Source: Octopus vulgaris (taxonomy: Eukaryota). Taken from it: DNA of 64,000 bases. A program made the translations under genes and the position numbers. The notes below the pieces were generated by a model. The model was given only the letters and a program-made list of their open reading frames with translations, had not been told where the DNA came from and searched no databases. Positions 55,712-64,000 of this stretch are shown piece by piece; the stretch's first letter is position 1, and each line of letters starts with the position of its first letter. The stretch is from assembly GCA_951406725.2 (NCBI GenBank), contig OX597820.1, forward strand, positions 42,656,001 through 42,720,000. The letters run 5' to 3'.

Positions 55712-57649
55712 GTGGTGCCGGTGCCGGTGCTGGTGTTGCTAGTGATTGAAGCTGCGCGGTGTCAGTGGAAACGGCGGTAACGGTTATGGTGTGGGATATA
55801 TCGGCGTTGTGCGTGGTAGCGCGAACATGTTAATTTGGAATTATATATATGTATAAAGATATATTAAAAAAAAAAAAACACGTTAATCAAAATTAATAAT
55901 AAATATAATAAATATTGAAAAAGAAAAAAGAACAAAATTTCTAGGCCGCCTTTTGCAGGATAATCAATGAAATGTTATGAGAATGAAAATATGTTTCGTA
56001 ATTCGATTACCGAATAATTTTATGTGGCTTCATTTGATCAATCGGTTGGAGGGCAGTTCTTGTATGAGCGTTAATGAAGTGAGTTTATCGATCAGCAATG
56101 TAACTGGTCGACTGTAACCTATACTGAACTGACTAGTATAGTTGATCTTATTGTGCATTGCGCTGATTGTTTTACATACATTATTATATATTTAAAAGGT
56201 TTTTATTATGGGATCGTATTACTGATAGTAAGAAGCTCTGAATTGAGATTACTTGCGTTCTATAACATTAACTTCTCATGTCCTTAACACTCTCATTTCC
56301 ATTTTCAGCTAATGGTTTAAGGCACGAAAGAGATGTATCATGTTTAGCACCGCACCCTGTTTTACAATATGCTGTTCTTTCTACATCACCAAATTACATG
56401 AGGAAAGAGTAGGCATGGCTCTTAATATCGAATACCTCAATCGGTCGAGTTTGACCATGTAATTCCCACATGTTATTCCCTATTCAGGCGCAATACTGGA
56501 TACCGACTATTTCATGGAAGAGCAGCAGTTGTCCATGCAGTAAGACTTCCCACACAGTTGTTCAGGAGAAAGACAAAGGCTGATGCAGCTTGGCACTAGG
56601 CGAACTTCAAAAGTAAAAAAAAAAAAAAAACAGGAGTAACATTGCAATGTATTTTGCCCAACGCTTCCGTCAAAACATCACTCTGGTCCGGTATTGTATT
56701 TTATCGACCTTGGTGGGATTAAATACAAAGTTGCTTCATTAGAGTAAATCACGATTCGGAAAGTGATTTTGCTTGACTGCTTAGGAGCAAATACTTCAGG
56801 AATCAACAAACACTGAAACGAAGATCGAATCTCTGCTACATTCTATGTCACATCTAGATATCCTGGCTCTGGTCTGGCCTCGAGTTAGCGGGTGCTGAGA
56901 CATGATAGGATGCAGGAAGTTTGATACAATACCATAAAACTGAATTAAGGCGTACATCGAAATTTTATTCATGTCTTTCAATGTCCCAAATGAAAAGGTT
57001 GTGGAATGAATCAATAATGCAGCGTAAATGTTGCTCTGGCCATAGATTATTTTTCTCTAAGCTTCGGGGAAATTGGTCACACTACTCTGTTACTGCTTGG
57101 TCGCATCTTAAGTGAGCGTGACAGTGAGCATCAATGCACTTTCTAGATCTTCTAAAAATAACAGCTAAATCTCCCTCGTGTTACTATCCACCACATTGAA
57201 ATGAGAGATATTTTGCATAATGTTGTTTTTAAGAGGACAGGAATAACTATCGCTGGAATATATTTGATCAAATTATGTCGATTGCGTTCCAGTTTTCTTT
57301 ACACATAAGGAAAAGAGGGAACGGTCATAGCTGGAGTGGCATAGATCATAAACATTCTGTATCAGGGCTGACCTAGAATTGAATGAAAGCTACTGAGTAA
57401 TCATAATAGGTATCAGATTAGAAGAATGGTCAAGATAATGATTTAACATTTTATATAACTTCGAATTTGTTCGAAACATTACAGATATTCTTTTTTTTTT
57501 TCATATCTGTAATCAACTAAATTCTATTTTATTTTATCTTATTTATTTATTTTTTGCATATTTAAACATCTTTTACTTTAAGTGTATAATTCTAAATCTG
57601 AAAAAGAAAAAAATAGAGAGAGGTAGTTTTCAAGTAGCTGTTAATATAT

Positions 57650-58551
57650 ACAAGGGGGTACCCAAAAGAAACTGGAATTTTGCAATATCATTTTATTCAC
57701 TTAGTTTTAAATGTTTACACATTAATCGCCTTCAAAGTATTCTCCTCCATTTGAAGCAATGCATCGGTCCAGACGCGTTTTCCATTGTTCGAAGCAGTGC
57801 TGGAATTCATGCGAAGTGATGCCTTTACTCCTCCGTCGATTATTTTTTCTTCACCTCTTCCACATCTAAAAATTCAATCGCATTAGCTTTCGTCACCAGT
57901 GATAACCTTCTAAAAATGGTCCGGATCAACTTTTCTTTCAGTTCATAACTGGCATTCAGACGTGACTGCTTTTGATTTTCCGTGAGTAATCGAGGCCCAA
58001 ATGTTGCTGCAACTCTTTTTATTCACAATTTCTCGCTCAAAATTCGCTGGCAGCAGCCCAAGGAAACAAAAGTCATACCAACAAGTCCGTCAGTTGTTCG
58101 GTGACCTTCCCCCAAAATCAGTTCAGGAATTTTCATTTTGTTTTTTCATTCATTCGGGGGCTCGACGGTCGCCCTGAACGAGGTAGGCCTTCAAGCGACA
58201 AGTGAAAACTCCTAAAGCATGGAAACCACTCGTAAACTTGTTTTGCTCATGGCAGTGTCCTTGTAAGCTGTTTGAAGCACAAGTGTTTCGGCGGCCGTTT
58301 TTTCCAGCAGGAAACAGAATTTCACGGAAGCACGCTGTTCCCTCATTTCATCAATCGCAATAATCGACGAACAGAGGAGAAGCACTGCAAAACAAAGACA
58401 CAACATGTAACAGTCCGATCCTACTGAACGACGCAGGTTGGCAGACTGATGTCTGAGCATTGCATCACATGGCTTCAGGTGACGGAAGCCTGAACTACAA
58501 TGGGTTGTCCCACAGAAAACGTTTCCGGTTACTTTTGGATATCTCCATGTA
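57650..58551 (-). mobile_element. mariner internal-deletion derivative with both TIRs
   Basis: Ends TACAAGGGGGTACCCAAAAGAAACTGGAA / TTCCGGTTACTTTTGGATATCTCCATGTA. Minus: MREQRASVKFCFLL..PRSGRPS and C-terminal FEQWKTRLDRCIASNGGEYFEGD*. Confidence 0.88.
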
Positions 58552-58760
58552 ATTCAGAAAGACATATTAACATATTTTGATTACTAGTATACTTTGATTC
58601 CTTTATGGCCTTAAATTAAACCAATAATTCCCGCATAATTTGATATTTGAAAACAATACATATGTATGAAACAGACGCACGCACACACACACAGACATAC
58701 ATACACACACACACATACACACAAACACACAAACTTGTATATATATATATATATAATATA

Positions 58761-59945
58761 CTAGCAGAAATACCCGGCGTTGCCCCGGTTAAGGAAAATA
58801 ATGAAATTTAAAGATGCCTTTTAGATCTCTTACATGAAACATAGACTACGCAGGTTTCACCTCCAACTAGCTGAGATACCAGTTTTATACGTTTATAACT
58901 TTTCCCAGGTTATTGAAAATAATGAAATTTAGGTATGTCTATTAAATCTCTAAGTAAAATTAAACATGGATTATGCAGTTTTCAACTGTCATTAGCTGAG
59001 GTAACAACTATTAATGACAATGATGTTCTCACTGTTAAAATTGTTTAAAAACCAGGTAGTTCTTTGTCTTTGCAATCACCTTCAATTGTCAGTACCTATT
59101 TGAAACACGTTGAAACTGAAAATGCATAAATTGGAGAAGAACCGGCCTGCGGGCGCTCCCCTCCTGTAAATAAACACATTTAACAAAAATTCTATCAGAT
59201 ATCGTGGGTATAAACAAATGTATTGAAACAAATCCGGGAATCAATCACAGTTTAATTATCAAGAGCTTCTAAATATTCGATGCTTTGAGTGTGTCTTTTA
59301 ATTGGTGTATAAATGAAAAGATTCAGGGGACTTCCAACTCGCGAACATACTACATATAATTGCCCATGAGAGAAATAAGGTGAAGTCCAACAACTTTGAA
59401 AGACTGTCCTTGAGACTTGTTTATTGTCATATCGAAGATTAGTTTCACTGGGAACTGGAATCGTTCAGATCCAAAGGGGATGTCATATGGGATTAAGGGG
59501 ATCTGTTGAATGAAGACATCCTCACCGTTATAGTTACCAGTCATAATTGCTGCCTCTAGGACATGGGGTCGTATCGCTTTCACCACCAGTCTGGTGCCAT
59601 TGCACAGGCGAGGTGGCTCCAAATTCCTGTGCAGCAGGGTTGAGGCTCCCTTTTTAAGTGTTAAGGAGTGAAGTAGAATCCCAGAGGGCTGAAGAGAGTT
59701 CAGGAACTCAGCTGGAAAAACTACAGCCTGGTCCTGATCAATGATAGTGTCGAGAGATTTTGAAAGACTGTTTTTGTCCGGGCAACAGCTACAAGAGATC
59801 CCAGATGATTTTGTTGACAGCATCATTACATGGAGCTAAGACGGCTCGATCAGAGAGCCGTTGATTGTTGCTTAAGTTTTGTGCAATGTTTGGGAGCACA
59901 TGCATTATGAGATCATTAACAGTTGGTACCATCTCACCATAGGCT
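58761..59945 (-). mobile_element. Helitron 3' portion with PIF1-family helicase fragment
   Basis: ORF 59350-59826: EFLNSLQPSG..RNLEPPRLCNGTRL..QFPVKL..MTINKSQGQS. The minus-strand terminus is a CCGGGGCAACGCCGG hairpin, then ..CTAG followed by T. Confidence 0.92.
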
Positions 59946-60458
59946 TTCTGAGCCCCCTCCCCCATGATTAGAATGATGAAAACTTTCAGAAAATGGATAT
60001 TTTCTAATGGAATTTTCTACGAATATGTGTTATATCATGTAGATTCCGAATATACAAATTTTAGGGGTAAAAATATTTTAGGAAGGAGTGAGGAGGATTT
60101 TCGGAAAATTCACCGGAGTCAAAATTGTCCGAAATATGTATTGGAAAATCAATGTACTATATACAGTACCTCATTTAATTAATCCATATTTAATATATTA
60201 ATCCTCATTTAATATATCCATATGAAATTCTTTTTCTGACATGCAAATACCCTTAGAAATTCTTTTTTAATCAAAAATCGTCACAACTATAATGATGTAT
60301 ACATACGTGTGTGTGTGTAAATAGCTGATTAGGACGCCAAAGATCAAACACAGGAAGCTGCGAAAACGATGTGAAGAAGTGAATCTTTATATGTAAAGCA
60401 CTATTATTTATTTTTCAATAAAAACAATAAACCATTAAGATACCAACAAAGACACGCA

Positions 60459-60620
60459 CTTTATTAATAAAGCTGCAAAAATATCACAAAAAACTGTTAC
60501 TCAGAGATGCACGTTCCCGTTCGTCGAAGACTTTTGGTTCAGAATCGGTCCCACGAAAAGTAACATGAAACTCTGAGTAACAGTTTTTGTGATGTTTTTG
60601 TATCTTTATTAATAAAGTAT
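60459..60620. repeat. inverted pair of Penelope-type repeats, each with a decayed hammerhead
   Basis: CTTTATTAATAAAG..AAACTGTTACTCAGAG and CTCTGAGTAACAGTTT..CTTTATTAATAAAG. Same family as 5095-5190. Confidence 0.75.
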
Positions 60621-61026
60621 ACTACTCTAACTCCGATATTCGAGTACTATTTCTTTCCAACTTGATTCACATTTATGTGCTTGCACTAATATATATATAT
60701 ATATATATATAATCCTTTGTATCTATGTATGTTCCCAATGCATTATCAAACGGCTTGACCAAATCCAACCGAATTTTACATGGTAATACTATCAGACACC
60801 AGGAGTGTCAACATGAAATTTGTTGGATTAGAACAATGAAACATTGACACTGGTTACGTATTACGTCTCAAAACGCGAAGACTAAAAGTGAAACCTTGAA
60901 CGGAGTGACAGTTGTAAATAGTTTCACATTTATATTGCTTCATTTTAATAGTTTCACTATGTGTATATATATATATATGTATACATGTATATGCGTATCT
61001 ATGTATTTGTGTGTGTGTATATATGT

Positions 61027-61072
<46 letters not shown>

Positions 61073-61077
<5 letters not shown>

Positions 61078-61204
61078 ACCGCATTACTATACAATAATGC
61101 CACACGCTAGTAGGGACTTTTAAAGTAAAAACTACCAAAATAGTTTTGACTTTAAAGTCCCACCTAGCGTATGGCATTATTGTATATTAATGCCCTCTAT
61201 ATAA
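61073..61204. repeat. imperfect palindrome (~62-bp arms, 6-nt loop) beside (TA)n
   Basis: TATACAATAATGCCACACGCTAG..AAAACTA-CCAAAA-TAGTTTT..CTAGCGTATGGCATTATTGTATA. Confidence 0.9.
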
Positions 61205-61403
61205 TATAAATAAATATATTTCAGTGAAAAAAATGGGTGGATTTTTTTTCTTATGAGGTTTTTCACGCTAAATACTTGATAATTTTTTATAAAGATCTTA
61301 TCCTATTTTAAAATTGTATATATATATATTCAAAATGTCACCGCATGTGATCGTTGGCGATTCTTTCCTCCGTCTTCCCTTTTTTGGATCTTTCCTTTTC
61401 CTA

Positions 61404-61440
61404 TGTTTCTGACAAAGGGCTCCGCTCGAAGCGTTAAATA
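61404..61440 (+). ncRNA. degenerate minimal hammerhead motif
   Basis: gttt CTGACAA a-gggc-tcc-gctc GAAG c GTT aaat. Two core substitutions. Confidence 0.45.
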
Positions 61441-61722
61441 CTCCTTTTTTCTTTCTTTTCCTGGGCGTCGAGTAACACTATACTTGCTCCATGTTCTCAC
61501 ATTGTTGTGTTTTCATGTTTGGATTAACTTTATATATATATATATAATATTAAGGAGAAAAATCAGGTTAACGATTTTTAGCAAGTAGTCAGCATGGTAG
61601 AAAGATTTATAGGCAATTTCTGCATTAAATTAATAATATAATGCACATATGTATATAATTATATTAAGGGAACAAAGACGAAGTCGTTTTCGCTCTTGCT
61701 CCCTTAATATAGTTAGTATACA

Positions 61723-61804
<82 letters not shown>

Positions 61805-61811
61805 GAGAGAG

Positions 61812-61846
<35 letters not shown>

Positions 61847-61877
61847 GAGAGAGATAGATAGATAGATAGATAGATAA

Positions 61878-61960
<83 letters not shown>

Positions 61961-62896
61961 ATAATATTTATTATTATTATATTCGAGTGCATGTTCAATT
62001 AGCTAAAAATCTGTTGCGAAAAATTTGCTCTTAATGATGATATCGTATGTGGCACAAATATTTATCTTAAGTGATAAGGTTTCAGAAAATAAGATTAACA
62101 CAGTAAAGAGAAATGTGTCATATTCCGTGTATTATTATATTTTGCATCCACGTAATCGCTGCAAACAGAATGAATCAGATCCATTTTAGAAAATATGTAG
62201 GCGAAAAGGCATATGTCATGTCTTTCATTTGGGTGACTTAGTTCTTTGTTCAATTGTATGATAGAATTTCGTAAAAGATATTACCAGAAGATGTAGTGGA
62301 GTCGAAATCTTGAAGGTGGTACTATAATTTAGTCGCCGTTTTATGATTTAAATACACCAGATAACATGTTTTGCCTGAGTTTGAAAATAGACCAGTAACT
62401 AATATTTCAAAGCAAAAAAAACCCACTAATGTTGATTATGTGTTAGAAGAGCCCAAAACAGACACTTTAAATCATCTTCAAATTCGTTACGACTGCTGCA
62501 AGGTAACACTACATTGTGACCAATCAACTACATTCATCGCCTAGAAATGCCTCGTATTCCACATTCTATTAGAAAACTGAAGTTAATATTTAGCTGAACG
62601 ACAGAATAACAGGGCAGATACATTAATATATTTGGTTTCATTTCACTTAATGGAATAAAATTGTTATAGGACAACGACCATTTTTGTACGCCAAATTCAA
62701 GCAGGTTAAAGCAGGTTATAGCAGGCTGAAATATTTTCATACATAAAAAGTCGATATTAATCCAACTAGATATCTACCTGGTGGTTTTATCAGCAAGAGA
62801 TTGTAGCAAAATTTTCCTCAAATCAAACATCGAAGCTTTGCAAACACGGACAACACGTCTGATAAGTTAGATCTATTTATCTGTCCATTGGCCTGT

Positions 62897-63380
<484 letters not shown>

Positions 63381-63551
63381 CAGTTTTCTGTGAATCAATT
63401 TCGATAAAACTTTTCCCAGCTGGTTTGCACACTATCTGACAACACAATTGTTATATTATCATTATTCTGTGTAACGTCTTTTCTTTTTTTATTCATAATT
63501 CTTCAGTTTATGGATGAACCACGCTAATAGCTTCTCTTCTCCCTAAGAATT

Positions 63552-64000
63552 ATAGGATGAGGAAAATGCTTTAACGATCATGAAAATCTGTCATCATCAA
63601 GGAAAGTGCGAAAGACACCTCTCTTAATGTCATTGCAGAGAAGTTAGGTAGTCATGTGGACACAGTTAGGCGATTCTAGAAGGACCCTTCACCAAAGAAG
63701 AAACGACCTGATTGCGGAATCACCAAGACTATGACAGCTAGGAATTTAAGGAATACTGGTCGCAAGTTATGTGAGATAACTGGACAAACACGCAAAGCCA
63801 TTTTCACCGCCTCCAGACTTTCTCATGCACCGTAAACCACCAGAAATCCCGTCCTCGGGACCATGGCTTCCGTGCAAGAACCCTTGAAACTGTTTCCTTT
63901 AATGCTCCGTAATAGGAGTTTGAGGCTTCAATAGGTCCAAAAGTACATGATGTTAGGCATGATTGTGTTCTGTTCACTGACGAAACCAGGACCTGATGGG
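63552..64000 (+). mobile_element. Tc1/Tc3-like transposase relic running off the window end
   Basis: HTH-like IAEKLGSHVDTVRRF, then VLFTDET..GPDG (first catalytic D and DGPDG-like motif). Stops present. Confidence 0.78.

Noticed and set aside
59350-59826. Host PIF1 helicase gene
   Set aside because: It is a degenerate fragment lying upstream of a Helitron hairpin + CTAG terminus.

Overview
AT-rich, microsatellite-saturated eukaryotic DNA. The SINE, LINE and microsatellite make-up suggests a coleoid cephalopod, probably Octopus; this is inferred from pattern familiarity, not a search. I can support no host protein-coding gene. Nearly all ORF-track entries are translated microsatellites or fragments of decayed transposons. 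The window holds RLE-type (R4/Dong-like) LINEs, RTE and CR1/L2-like LINEs, a Penelope-like GIY-YIG fragment, Tc1, mariner and hAT transposase relics, a Helitron, and at least three tRNA-derived SINE families. The most notable signals are: (1) a core-intact type I hammerhead ribozyme (15621-15713, minus) with an unusually long G-U-rich stem II, inside a Penelope-type repeat whose inverted copy starts at the predicted cleavage site; (2) several further degenerate hammerheads, including a family with a C4 core variant; (3) a SINE array in which one 17-bp target sequence recurs four times; (4) modular and multimeric SINE architecture; (5) RLE LINEs associated with (CATA)n versus (AAT)n tracts; (6) several fold-back palindromes inside (TA)n tracts. 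Coordinates of decayed elements are approximate (about +/-20 bp).
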